Positions 13,155 to 25,794 of a DNA stretch of 64,000 nucleotides are shown here, in pieces. This DNA comes from Mobula hypostoma (taxonomy: Eukaryota), in assembly GCF_963921235.1 (NCBI RefSeq), contig NC_086097.1, positions 12,276,001 to 12,340,000 of the forward strand. The letters run 5' to 3'. Made by a program: the position numbers and the translations under genes. The notes beneath the pieces are model-generated. The model did not search any database. It was not told the DNA's origin and saw nothing but the letters and a program-made list of their open reading frames with translations. Each line of letters starts with the position of its first letter. The stretch's first letter is position 1.

Positions 13155-13584
13155 CTAGACGGTATATGAGGTGTTGCTCCTCCAACCTGAGTTTAGCCTC
13201 ATCATGGCAGTAGAGGAGGCCATGTATGGACATATCCAAATGGGAATGGGAAGCAGAGTTGAAGTGGGTGGCTACCGGAAGATCCCGTCTGTCGCGGCGG
13301 ACAGAACGGAGGTGCTCGACGAAGCGGTCCCCCAATCTGCGTCAGGTTTCATCGATGTAGAGGAGGCCGCACCGGGAGCACCGGATGCAATAGATGACCC
13401 CAACAGACTCACAAGTGAAGTGTTGCCTCACCTGGAAGGACTGTTTGGGGCCCTGAATGGTGGCAAGAGAGGAGGTGTAGGGACAGATGTAGCACTTACA
13501 AGATGTCCTGTGTGGTGAGAGTCCCCGATGATAAAGATTATATTTTAATTAAATATATATGATCATGAGTATTGCATAATAGAT

Positions 13585-13970
13585 AGTAATACACACAAAA
13601 TGCTGGAGGAACTCAGCAGGCCAGGCAGCAACTTTGCTCCCCCTCTGTGATTTCTGTTAATCTCTGACCCTTTGACCATGTGCTCTCCCAAACTTACTAC
13701 CACAGCACCTATCAACTTCCCAGCTCTTCTTTTTTCACCCTTCCCCTTCTCTCAGTTTCACTTATCACCTACTACCTTGTACTTCTTTCTCCCCACCGCC
13801 CCACCTTCTTACTCTGACTACAAGTCTCTTTTTTTCCCGTCCTGATGAGGGTCTTGGCCCAAAATATCGACTGTTTGTTCTTCTCCATAGATGCTGCCCG
13901 GCCTGCTGAGTTCCTCCAGCATTTTGTGTGTATTACTTTGACTTTTCATCATCTGTAGATTTTCTCTGAT
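13585..13970 (+). mobile_element. Penelope pLTR fragment with an inverted copy of its end
   Basis: 13585-13630 is the reverse complement of 13892-13937 (45/46 match). Confidence 0.7.
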
Positions 13971-15129
13971 CTGCATAATAGACAATTTGCATGAATTCAT
14001 CAACTACATGGAAATCCATAAAAATCCGGTCTAAGAAAATAAACAAGCATGATTTAATTGCAAACAATGGATTAACATCCAAAGATCCAAATTTATGTTC
14101 TGCCCACAATAATTTTGAAGTTACCTATATTAATTCATTAATTAGTTATTTTAGTAATGCCATTGTCAACATGGCTAGGAAGAAACAACTTGGCTTTGGG
14201 TTGTATAACTATTCCATTGTTGAAAAGGCAACATAGGTTTGGTGCATCCACTAGCATTGTCACTGCCACATCTTTGGGCTATGAACAATAAGCCCTTCTT
14301 CAGCACTGAAGGATCTCGGCCCGAAACGTCAACTGTTTATTCCCATCCATAGATGCTGCCTGACCTGCTCAGCTCCTCCAGCACGCTGTGCATATTGCTC
14401 CGCCATTAAGGACCCCCATCACCCAGAACACATCCTCTACACATTGCTACCATCAAAGTGGAAGTACAAGAGCCTAAAGATACACACTCAACATTTCACA
14501 AACAGCTTCCACCCCTGATTTCTAAATGGACAATGAACCCATGTACACTACCTCACTATTTATTTGCTCTCTTTTTGCACTAATTTAATATATATAAAAT
14601 ATATGTACAGTATATTACAGGATTATATACACATATATTATTGTAATTCATAGACTTTTTATTACTCTATCTTGTGATGTTCTGCTGCCGCAAAATAACA
14701 AAGTTCATGACACATATGAGTGATATTAAACCTGAATCTGATTCTGAAATTTAAAAAAAAGACAAAGTAGTACAAAACTCTCTCAGACAGAGTTGTTTTA
14801 TTTTCCTTTTAATGTCATAGTCTAGACAAAAAGCTAAGCAGCAATCAATACTGGAAGAAAATGAAGGTACTATGTATTTGAAAGGGGTAAGTGAGAAAGA
14901 TGTAATTGCTCCAGCTTAGACTGTTTTCTCCTTATATCTATACCGGCTTTACAAATGAACTCGAAACATGTGCTGTATCTTCATACTGACTCAACAGAGA
15001 CAGACACTGAGGAAGGAACATACCAGCATTTCAGCACATTGGCACACCCTTTAGCCCCAGACCCAGGCCCAGCTCAGTGCTATTGAGCAGCAGTGATCCC
15101 TGTCCTTCTATATGTTTCTGAGACATGGA

Positions 15130-15715
15130 CTCATCCTACACAACCAGAAAAGCTGACCAGCAGCTCTACTTTCTGAGAATGCTGGATTGTGCACATCTTT
15201 CTACAGGTGTGTAGTAGAGAGCATTCTAATTGTGACGGACAGGAAGGCTCTACAACACGTAGTCCAAACTGCACCAGCCTACCCCACCATCAAGGACATA
15301 AAGTACGTATAGAAAGATGCTGGAAAAATCCAGCAGTATCATAAAGGATCCCACCCACCCTGATTCTTGCTCGTGAACAGTCTGTCCAACACCCATCAGG
15401 GAGGAGGCTCATAGCGTCCATGCCAGGACCACTAAGCTCAAAACCAGTTACTTTCCCCAAGCAGTAAGGCTGATAGTCATCTTCACTCACTAACCCACCA
15501 TTCGACAGCCTCCCCTCCATCACCACTACTTTATCATTTCCTGTCAGAGTCACCTTATGTACAGACATTCCTGTACCTAACATCACTTTATGGACATTAA
15601 ATCAATCTATGTATATAAGCTACCTTATGTATGTATATTCCGGAGTAACAATGATCGTGTTCTCTTTTAAGCTTGTGTATTGGAAATGACATTAAACAAT
15701 CATAAATCTTGACTT
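15130..15715 (+). mobile_element. Rex/Babar-like LINE 3' fragment
   Basis: Degenerate SIIKDPTHP...PSGRR...KLKTSYFPQAVRL; tail ttaaacaatc..aatcttga. Confidence 0.6.
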
Positions 15716-15927
15716 CTTACAAAAGGAGTGTTACCACCAACACTGTCACTGCTAATCCACCGGCAGGATTAAAAAGCTGATATGATTTTGCTCTCCCAGG
15801 CCAAAAAGTTCAGGAACAAATTTCACTCAATAATTTCTGTTGGGCATACTATGTCACTCGCATGCTTACAACTGTTCAAAATGGCGCAGGAATGTTTGGG
15901 GAGGCATCTAATTCTTCAAGTTTTTCG

Positions 15928-16160
15928 TGGCACCACAGTAGCGCAGCAATTAGTGCGGCACTATTACAGCTCGGGGCGTCGGGAGTTCAGAGTTCAATTC
16001 CAAAGCCATCTGTGAGATGTGCGTCCATCCTGCGAGTACCAGTGTCCCCTGGGTGCTCCAGTTTCCTCACACGTTCCAACAACATGCAGGTTTGTAGCTT
16101 AATCTTACATTGTAAGTTGTCCTGTGATTAGGCTAGGGTTAAATAGGTGGGATGCAGGGC
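15928..16160 (+). mobile_element. tRNA-headed V-domain SINE
   Basis: Head gagttcagagttcaattcc followed by V-core gggtgctccagtttcctc. Confidence 0.65.
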
Positions 16161-16166
16161 CAGAAG

Positions 16167-17006
16167 ACCATAAGACCATAAGATATAGGAGCAGAATTAG
16201 GCCATTTGGCCCATCATGCCTGCTCCCCCTTTCAATCATGGACTGATCCAATTCTTCCAGTCACCACCAGCCACTGTATTCCTTGATCACACTTCCTTTA
16301 GGATATCCTGCACAAGGACTACCAAGTCCCTTTGCATCTCTGCCTTTTGAATTCTCTCCCCATTTAAATAATAGTCTGTCCATTTATTTCTTGCATCAGA
16401 GTGCATGACCACAAACTTTCCAACAATATATTTCATTTGCCACTTCTTTGCCCATTCCCCTAAACTATCTAAGTCTCTCTGCAGGCTCTCTATTTCCTCA
16501 ACACTGCCCGCTCCTCCACCTATCTTTATATCATTGGCAAATTTAGCCACAAATCCCTTAATCCCATAGTCCATCATCTAAATCATTGACGTACATCATA
16601 AAAAGCAATGGGACCAACACCAACCCCCGTGGAACAGCACTGGTAACCAGCAGCCAGCCGGAATAGGATCACTTTATTCCCTCTCTCTGTTTTCTGCTGA
16701 TCAGCCAATGTTCCACCCATGCTAGTAACTCTCCTGTAATTCCATGGGCTCTTATCTTGCTAAGCAGCCTCACGTGTGGCACCTTGTCAAAGGCCTTCTG
16801 AAAATCAAAGTACACCACATCTACTGCATCTCCTTTGTCTGCCCTGCCTGCGATTTCCTCTAGAAATTGCAGTTGGTTAGTCAGGCAGGATGTTCCTTTC
16901 GAGAAACCATGCTGGCTTTGGCCTATCTTGTCACGTGCCTCTAGGTACTCCGTGATCTCATCCCTAACGATTGATTTGAACAACTTCCCAAACACTGATG
17001 TCAGGG
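16167..17006 (-). mobile_element. CR1 LINE RT fragments (internally deleted)
   Basis: SQHGFSKGTSCLTN, DVVYFDFQKAFDKVPH and KFANDIKIGG; tail (agaccata)n. Confidence 0.9.
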
Positions 17007-17109
17007 CCTGTTCTGGACTGTATATTTAAATTAATAGGTACAGTTGCTTTGCAGAGGCACTCAGAAGCCCAGTGCAGTAGGTGGAAGGCGCACACCAATA
17101 TCCACTTTA

Positions 17110-17700
17110 CTCCTTGATCACGCTTTGTTGAGCACCTTGGTTGTTCTCCACAACAGGCAGGATTTCCCGGTGACCACCCTTCTTAATTCTACTTCCTATT
17201 CCCATTTCCAACATGTCAGTCCTTGGCCTGCTCTACTGCCATGACGAGGCCTCTCTCATGTTCCATCTGGGTACCTCCAACCTGATGGAATAAATATTGA
17301 TTTCTTCATCTTCTGGTAATTTCTCCCCCTTTCTTTTCCATTCTCCATTCTGGCTCTCCTCTTACTCCTTCTCTTCTCCCTACTTATCCATCACCTCTCT
17401 CTGGCGCCCCTCCCATGGATCACTCTCTTCTCCTATCAGATTCCTTCTTCTATAACCCTTTACCTCTTCAACATATCACCTCCCAGTTTCTTACTTCATC
17501 CCTTCCCCCACCCAATCACCTTTCTCCCCTCACTCAGCTTCACCTATCACCTCTCTGCTTCTACTCTTTCTCATTCTCCAACTTTTTCTCCCCTTCCTTT
17601 TCAGTGCTGATGAAGGATCTCAACCCCAAGGCATTAACTGTCGATTCTCCTCCATAGATGCTGCCTGACCTGCTCAGTTCCTCCAAAATTTTGTGTGCTA
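17110..17700 (+). mobile_element. Degenerate Penelope-like element 3' portion
   Basis: Similar to 61440-62065, with a decayed hammerhead box. Confidence 0.7.
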
Positions 17701-18117
17701 CACCTCTCATCTGCCTTTTTTGCTTTTATTTTTTGACTGTTATTGCTCCCCCTAGCTGGGTAAATGTAACCAATGCCTTTGTGTCTGTTCTTTAGTACTT
17801 GATTTTTAAAAATTTAGTATGGCATCTGTGGTAGTGGACTATTAATTTTACACTATTTTCCCACAAGCCCATTGCTTGTACATCAACAACTTATTTTAAG
17901 AGCCCTGGGCCGAAACTCGACTGTTTCCTATTTTCCACAGATGCTCTCTGACCTGCTGAGTTCCTCCAGAATTTTGTGTGTGTTGCTTTAGATTTCCAGC
18001 ATGTTTAGATTTTCTCATGTTTGTAACTGGTTTTAAATAATCAGTTCCTGACATTTCATGATTGCGACATAATAAAACTTCCACAGATTTTTAAATACAA
18101 AACACATAATCTTATGT

Positions 18118-18375
18118 CTTTATTTATTTCGAGATGTAACATGGAACAGGCCCTTTGGGTCTCACCAAGCTGTGGTGCCCAGCAGCTCACCAATTTAACC
18201 CTAGCCTAATCACAGGGTAATTTACAATGAACCTACTAACTGATACATCTTTTGAAATCTGCGAGGAAACCGGAGCACCCAGAGGAAACACGTGCACACA
18301 GGAAGAACGTACAAACTTTTTAAAAAAGGATGCCAGAATTGAACTCTGAACTCCAATGCCCCTAGCTGTGATAAC
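18118..18375 (-). mobile_element. V-domain SINE
   Basis: gaggaaaccggagcacccagaggaaac (reverse V-core) and gaattgaactctgaactcc head. Confidence 0.7.
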
Positions 18376-19179
18376 CTTTCTTCACTCCATTGGACTGTCT
18401 TGCTGCTTCTTGAGGCTTGAAGGCTGTGGTAATCAGTTCTATGCTCTGATTTAGCAATTCTTGACATTAAATGGACTTCTCCATCACCTTCTCAGAGTCA
18501 GTTAATTTTTCTAGCAAAGATCTGAGTCTTTCATTAATAACCAGTACTGCTGTACACTCAACCATCTTCAATTTACCTGCTATCCTTGTCCAGGCATGAA
18601 GGAACGATGTTTTGCTCCTGAAAACCAAGGCCTTGCTGAAAAGGCTCATCTGTCTTTATCTGATCAACTCACAGCCTACTTCCAGCATTTTATTTTGAGT
18701 TCTCATCCTCCCTGATCACATTTTCTTTATCCTAATTGAATGCTTGTAAGCTAACGTTCTGCATTCAGCAGTATTACATGTCTAAGGTTTGGAAAGTTCT
18801 GTAGGAGATCATTTTTATTCTGAGATCTGGCAGCATCCTCCTATTCTTGATTCTATCTCTGCTTTGACACCAAAAGGATTTCACAATGACAGCTTGTTCT
18901 AAGGACTTTCTAACTCCTCTTCTCATCGCTGACTTTTAGTGTCCTCATTTTTGGCACTAGTTACTGGCACAGGAACTGTATGATCACTCTGGTTTGCTGA
19001 GCAGTGTGCGAATCTTTGCTCCTCAGCCGATGTGTTTCAAGACATTGATTTGCTGACACTCCAGCCTTTTCATCCCTCACACACACACACAGAGTTGTAA
19101 TGAAGTGGTACAGGAGATGAGGCCTGAAGCAGTTCAGCCACAATTCTTGTTGTATGAAGGAGCAGCAAATTGCAACACT

Positions 19180-19340
19180 AGAGATTCTGCAGATGCTGGA
19201 AATCCGGAGCCACACACACAAAATACTGGAGGAACTCAGCAGGTCAAGCAGCATCTGTAGAGAGGGAAAAACAGTCAATATTTCGGGCCAAGACCTTTCA
19301 TCAGTCCTGATGAGTTCCTCCAGCATCTTGTGTGTGTTAA
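19180..19340. mobile_element. Head-to-head Penelope pLTR fragments
   Basis: cacacacaaaatactggaggaactca ... tgagttcctccagcatcttgtgtgtg form an inverted pair. Confidence 0.6.
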
Positions 19341-19751
19341 GATGTCGCATTCTGAGGAGCCAAGAGGCCCGGTCCTGCTCCGATGATGGTGTGACAGGTG
19401 ATATTACTTTGAACTTTGAGCTTAGAATACTAATAGATGGGATGTGGATGTGAAAACAAAATGGACATAGCGACATTTTAACTCAACTCTTACTACTGTG
19501 TGTAGGTAATGATATGAATACATGCAAGAGTTCATCAGCTGAAGTGCCTTTTGCTTGATAGAAAGGCAGAATTCTAACACTTCTCCTGTCTCTTCCAAGT
19601 GTCCTAAAACACTCAGCAGCCGGTGAAGTATTTCTGAAGCGTAATCACTCTAGTAACAAAGAAAACATTGCAGCTAATCTGCACGCAGCAAGCCCCCATG
19701 AACCAGGATATGATAATGGCCGGATAGTTTGTTTCACTATTTAATATGAGT

Positions 19752-20175
19752 ATTTACTTACTGCCCGTTATGCCGCTGGCATTTAGAGCAGCATTGAAGT
19801 CCCCCATCTCTGGCAGTGTTCAGAGTTTCCTTCACCATGTCAGTAACTACCTTTTGTTTTTCACCACCGTCAGTCACGCAAGTCCAGGGTGAAGACTCAA
19901 GGTCACATTCAGATGCAGAAGGATTCTTCATTGCTGTTCCTGTTACAGTTTTCTTTTACCAGTCAGGGTTGTTAGCCCTGAGCTAAACCACCGAACCTGG
20001 AGGACCAACGGACCATTCTTAGTCTTGCGTCTACCCTTTGACCTGTTTGGCATGGGTGACCCTACAAGGAGCCAAAGCATGAAGCCCTTGCTCCAGGCAA
20101 CATACAGTCACCCTCTGGGTCACTGAAGCACGCAATTCTCCAAACCACAACAAGCTTGTGTTCCTCTTAGAAGGT
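19752..20175 (-). mobile_element. RTE-derived short element with (TAAG)n tail
   Basis: Homologous to 38050-38373 and 26060-26362. Confidence 0.65.
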
Positions 20176-20217
20176 AATGATGAGTGAGGGATGGAAATTG
20201 GCCAGGACATGAGAGAG

Positions 20218-20500
20218 TGCCATGGTAGTGTAGCAGTTAGTGCAATCCTATTACAGCTTAGGGCATTGGAGTTCAGAGTTCAATTCCAGCACATTCTACA
20301 AGAAGTTTGTACGAGCTTTCTGGGACAGCGTGGGTTTCCTCCGGGTGCTCCAGTTTCCTCTCGCATTCCAAAGACGTACCAATTCATAGGTAAGTTGTTC
20401 ATTGTAAGTTGTCCTGTGACTAGCCTAGGATTAAATAGGTGGGTTGCAGGACAGTGTGGCCTACTGTGGTATCTCTAAAGAAAATAACAAAAATAAATAA
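20218..20500 (+). mobile_element. tRNA-headed V-domain SINE
   Basis: gcgtgggtttcctccgggtgctccagtttcctc; A-rich tail. Confidence 0.75.
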
Positions 20501-20880
20501 TTCCCTTGCTCTCAAAGGGTGAGGTGGAGTCATTTATATCCTTCTAAATGGGAACTCAGTTTAATATTTGATCGAGAATATAGCATCTCTAACAGTGCAG
20601 AACCCTCTTCTGGAGTTCTGTGTTCATACCTCTGGGATGAAGGTTGAACTCCAGCGGGTTCTGGGATTAGAGTTCCATGCAGGCTGGAGGTGTGAGGGTC
20701 GGTGACCTCCTGGGTAAATGGGTCGGTGAGACCAGAATACAAGGCCAAGGGTTTGGGGTCCCGTTGTTGGTGAGTCTGGTCTGGAGTTCAGGGTAATCAT
20801 CTGTGATCAATGGCGAGTCCTTGGGTTGAGGCTGAAGATCAGAGCCCAAAGGTTGATCAGGTCTGAAAGTCAAGGCTTAG

Positions 20881-21976
20881 TGGCCATAGCTCTGGGTCTG
20901 GGATGGTCATAGCTCTGGGTCTGGGATGGCCATAGCTCTGGGTCTGGGATGGCCGTAGTTCTGGGTCTGTGATGGTCGTAGCTCTGGGTCTGGGATGGTC
21001 ACTGCGCTGGGTTTGAGATGGTCATAGCTCTGGGTCTGGGCTGGTTAAAGCTCTGGGTCTGGGCTGGCCGTAGTTCTGGGTCTGTGATGGCCGTAGCTCT
21101 GGGTCTGGTATGTCCATAGCTCTGGGTCTGGGATGGCTGTACCTCTGGGTTTGAGATGGTCATAGCTCTGGGTCTGGGATGGCCGTAGCTCTGGGTCTGG
21201 GATGGCCATAGCTCTGGGTCTGGGATGGCCGTAGTTCTGGGTCTGTGATGGCCGTAGCTCTGGGTCTGGGATGGCCATAGCTCTGGGTCTGGGATGGCCG
21301 TAGCTCTGGGTCTGGGATGGCCGTAGCTCTGGGTCTGGGATGGCCGTAGTTCTGGGTCTGGGATGGCCGTAACTCTGGGTCTGGGATGGCTGTAGGTCTG
21401 GGTCTGGATGGTCATAGCTCTGGGTCTGGGATGGCCATAGCTCTGGGTCTGGTATGGCCATAGCTCTGGGTCTGGGATGGCCGTAGTTCTGGGTCTGGGA
21501 TGGCCGTAGTTCTGGGTTTGGGATGGTCATAGCTCTGGGTCTGGGATGATCATAGCTCTGGGTCTGGGATGGCCGTAGCTCTGGGTCTGGGATGGTCGTA
21601 GCTCTGGGTCTGGGATGGCTGCAGCTCTGGGTCTGGGATGGCTGTAGCTCTGGGTCTGGGATGGCCGTAGCTCTGGGTCTGGGATGATCATAGCTCTGGG
21701 TCCGGGATGGCCATAGTTCTGGGTCTGGTATGGCCATAGCTCTGGGTCTGGGATGGTCATAGCTCTGGGTCTGGAATGGCCATAGTTCTGGGTCTGGGAT
21801 GGCTGTAGCTCTGGGTCTGGGATGGCTGTAGCTCTGGGTCTGGGATGGTCATAGCTCTGGGTCCGGGATGGCCATAGTTCTGGGTCTGGTATGGCCATAG
21901 CTCTGGGTCTGGGATGGCCATAGTTCTGGGTCTGGGATGGCCATAGTTCTGGGTCTGGGATGGCCGTAGCTCTGGG
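20881..21976. repeat. 23-bp minisatellite, about 47 copies (tggcc[a/g]tagctctgggtctggga)
   Basis: Direct reading; the 23-aa periodicity of the overlapping ORFs agrees. Confidence 0.95.
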
Positions 21977-22279
21977 ACTGTGAGTGTGAGAGCTCACTGG
22001 GGAAGTCACAGGTCCAATTTATTTGAGTCCACTGGAGGCTGGAGGCCTGTCCTGGACTATTTGTGTGTTTGATGGTGTGTGGGAGGGTGTGTTTGAGGTT
22101 TTGTTTGAGGGTGTGTGGGAGGATAGGAGGGAGGTAAGGAGTTTGTTTTTGTTGTTGCTGTCATTCTGTTGTTTACTAGTGTTGTTCTGCAAACATGTTC
22201 AGCATGTGGAACGTGTGGGCTGCCCCCAACAGACTCTTTGGTGGTGTTGGTTGTTAACGCGAATTCCGCATTTCACTCT

Positions 22280-23220
22280 TCTGGAAAGGAAGGGGAAAGA
22301 CAACAAAATAAAAAGGTGGGGGTGTGGAAGGAGGATAGCTGGAAGGTGATAAGTGTAGCCCGGTGGGTGGGAAAGGTAAAGGGCTGCAGAGGAAGGAATC
22401 TGATTGGGAAGGAGAGTGGATCATAGAAGCAAGAGTAGTAGGAGAGGACTCAGGGGGAGGAGATAGGCAGTTGTGAAAAAGGGGCCAGAATGGACAATAG
22501 AAGAAGAGGGGAAGGGGTGGGATTTTTTTTTATCAGAAGGAGAAATCAATATTCATACCATCAGGTTGGAGACTACCCAGATGGAATATAAAGTGTTGTT
22601 CCTCCACCCTAAGAGTGGCCTTATTGTGGCACAAGAGGGGGCCATGGACTGACATCTCAGAATGGGAATGGGAATTGATTTACATGGATGGAGTGGAGGT
22701 GCTCGAAGAAGTGGTCCTCAAATTTACATCAGGTCCCACCAATGTAGTGGAGATTGCATCGGGCACAGTCGACAACCCCAGCAGTTTTGCAGGTGAAGTG
22801 TTGCCTCATCATGAAGGACTGTTTGGGGCCCTGAATGGAGATGAGGGGCAAGGGACATGGGCAGGTGTAGCACTTTAGCCATTTGCAGGAATGAAAGGAC
22901 AAAGGAATTACGGAGCGAGTGATCCCTGTGGAAAGCGGAGACAGTGAGGGAGGTAAAGATATATTTGGTGGTAGGTGTCCTTTGGAGATGGCAGAACTTG
23001 CAGAGGATGTGCTGTTGGATGCAGAGGCTCATTGGGAAATAGGCAAGGACAAGAGGATCTCTATCCCTGTTAAGATGGTGGGAAGATAGGGTGAGCACGG
23101 ATGTCCAGGAAATAGAGGAGATGTGGGTGAGGGCAGCATCAATAGTGGAGGAAGGGAAACCCTATTCTTTGAAGAGGAGGACACCTCTGATGTCTTGGAA
23201 ATGAAAGCCACATCCTGGGA
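22280..23220 (-). mobile_element. Degenerate Penelope-like element
   Basis: Minus strand RDRDPLVLAY..MSL.IQ..IL..F.HLQR.PTTK.IF and gggccccaaacagtccttc, as in 61072-62065. Confidence 0.8.
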
Positions 23221-23619
23221 AAATCAAATATTTTGATGAAGTCCTGTTTCAAGGTTTCAACCCAAAACATCAACAATTCCTATCGCCACAGAATTGCTGT
23301 TCAACTTGACAAGATTCCCCAGAAGATTGTAGCAAAATTGTTTTTCAAATGATGAAAGATTATTCTTTGGTTTTCTTTACTCAAATCAGGCTGTGCAAGC
23401 AAATTGGAAGGCAAACAGCATGTAGCCTTTACTGAAGAGAATTTGAGCACAAGAATAAAATCGGGTTATTGGAATTATATAGAGTAGGAGTGATGAGTAC
23501 CTGGAGTATTGTGTATTGGTCTGGTTTCCCTATCTAAGACAATAAGACATAGGAGCAGAGTTAGGCCATTTGGCCCATTGAGTTTGTTCTGTCATTCCAT
23601 CATGGCTGATTTAAAAGTT

Positions 23620-23955
23620 TGACTTAAAGATTAAAGATTAGCTTTATTGGTCACATGTGCATCGAAACATTCAGTGAAATGCGTTGTTTTGCATCAACGA
23701 CCAACAGACCCAAAGCCTGAGATTTGTGTTGGGGCAGACCACAAGCTTCACCACGATTCTGATGCCAACATAATATTTCCACAGTTCATTAACCTTACCC
23801 CTAATAGTACGACTTTGGAATGTGGGTGGAAACTGGAGCACCCAGAGTAAACTCACGCAGTCACGGGGAGAACGTAGAAACTCCCTACAGACAGCAGTAA
23901 GAATCGAACCATGATTTGTAATCATGGACTCTGTAAACAGGTTGCACTCACTGCC
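23620..23955 (-). mobile_element. V-domain SINE
   Basis: ggaaactggagcacccagagtaaactcacgcagtcacggggagaacg. Confidence 0.7.
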
Positions 23956-24759
23956 AATGGAGGTTTCACCGGAGGGGTTCCTGGGATAGAGGATTGGTAT
24001 GAGGAGAAACTGAGCAGACCAGGCCTATAATTTATGGAACTGAGGAAAAGGATGTTCAGTGATTTACGTCAATTAAGAAATATCTGGCTGAACACTTGAG
24101 TTGTCAAGGAATAGAAGTGACAGGTCAAGTACTAGTCAATTGGATTAGTATAGTGGTTATCTCATGTAAAAAGATCTTTACAACCCATGTTCTCAGTATT
24201 ATTTTTACAGTATATGCAGTTTTTAAATTTTGCACACTGGTTGGTTGTCAGTCTTTATGTATAGTTTTCATAAAATTGTACTGTATTTCCTTTCTCCCCC
24301 TCTAAATGCCTGCAAGAAATTGAATCTCAAGGTAGAATATATGTATGTTGATAATAAATTTACTTTAACCTTTAAGGTTTGGCATGGACTTTTTTTCTAT
24401 ATCATATGAGTCTTTGACTGTATTAGTTAGTCTGGGTGATCTAAATCAAATATGTAAAGTTTTGAGTTTTAACAGGATAGATACAGGGATAATGTTCTCT
24501 GCGTGTCATCGTTACAGTCTCAAACTCATGGGGTGGCCATTTAAGACAGATATAAAAAGAGATTTCTTCATGCAGTAGGTAGTGGATCTTCAGAATTCTT
24601 TGTCCAAGAGGGTGGTGGATATTCAGTTATTGCATGTATCAATAGATTCTTGGATATTGAGGAAATGAAAGAATAAAGGTAAGTGCAGGAAAGTAGCCCT
24701 GTGGTAAAAGAACAGATGCAATCTGACCCCCTCCCCTACTTCTATCTTAACTACATTTT

Positions 24760-25325
24760 ACAGCAGCATTATTAACAGCATCCTGACAAATTGCTTCTCC
24801 ATCTGGTTATGGGAGGAGAAGAGCATTGGACCAGAAGTCCCTACAAAGGACTGTGAGAACAGCAAAGAAAGATCATAGGGGTCTCCCTACCATCCATTGG
24901 GGACACGTATCAGGAGCACTGAGTATGCAGGGCCCTGGGTATTATCAAGAATCCCACCCATCCATCCAGCATCCTCTTTAACTTTTTACTATCAGACAGG
25001 AAACTCCAATGCATAAAAACAAGAACAGTCAGGATGGGAAATGGTTTCTTTCCTCAGGCCATTAGGCTTTTGAACTCGCCGCCACATCACACTCAAAGTG
25101 TCACCAGTTAATCTGCTCCATACCTTACAATATTTAATTTATACACTTTACTTTGTTTATTTATGCATAGTTCATCTGTAGATTTTATCCTCACTTTCCT
25201 AAGTTATTGTGTGTTATGTGTGTTATGTGTACTATTGTGCTTTACACCCTGGTGCAGAGAAACGTTGTCTCATTTAACGGTATACTTGTATATAGTTAAA
25301 TGACAATAAACTTGACTTGACTTGT
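24760..25325 (+). mobile_element. Rex/Babar-like LINE 3' fragment
   Basis: SILTNCFSIW...LQRTVRTA...IIKNPTHP; (acttg)n tail. Confidence 0.7.
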
Positions 25326-25794
25326 ATAGCAGAGCAGATGGAAAGGGTTGAATGGCCTATACCTGCTTATATTTCTTATATTATATTTACATAGCAGCAT
25401 AGACTAGTTGGTTTGAGTAGATTAAATCTCCACTATTAAATGACGGCAATAAGTAGTACAACTCTGAAAATATTTGGAACATAAATCTCCTCATTAAAAA
25501 GATTTACACTGTTGAGTAGCGGCCCTAACTTTCTGCAGGGAGTTTAATTGGCAATTAATGTGCAAATGCAGCAATTTTGTAAAACTCTCGGGGAGACTGA
25601 GGGTGAGTTGCCCTTTTCCCGAGGCTAAAAGTGGAGCCGCAAAAATCATGCAGCAATTTGTGGTGATTCGCTCTCACAGGATAGCTCTTCCTCGCCACAC
25701 GTTACTGCATGATTTGCGCATTAATAATGGCAGGCATCATTAACTTGCCAATACTTTGGCAGCGAATTCTGGTTTCTTCTGAATCATAAGTTTA

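Larger units (their letters stand above)
12697..13500 (-). mobile_element. Penelope-like element 3' portion (GIY-YIG endonuclease C-terminus plus pLTR)
   Basis: Minus strand GVIYCIRCSRCGLLYIDET.RRLGDRFVEHLRSV...LRLEEQHLIYRL; CpG-rich, so relatively young. Confidence 0.85.
19590..20660 (-). mobile_element. Ancient DeuSINE/SacSINE1-like relic split by two younger insertions
   Basis: Three collinear pieces (about 19590-19740, 20180-20215, 20500-20660) resemble the Deu-domain SINE as recalled (tgaagtatttctgaagcgtaatcact; attggccaggaca; agcatctctaacagtgcag). Confidence 0.5.

Noticed and set aside
18961..19476. 171-aa ORF
   Set aside because: Runs through Penelope terminal fragments; chimeric and non-coding
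20881..21976. CRISPR-like array
   Set aside because: Head-to-tail repeats with no unique spacers, no cas genes, and a eukaryotic context
20999..22009. Three overlapping Pro/Gln-rich ORFs of 138-230 aa
   Set aside because: They are translations of the 23-bp minisatellite, and the period is not a multiple of 3
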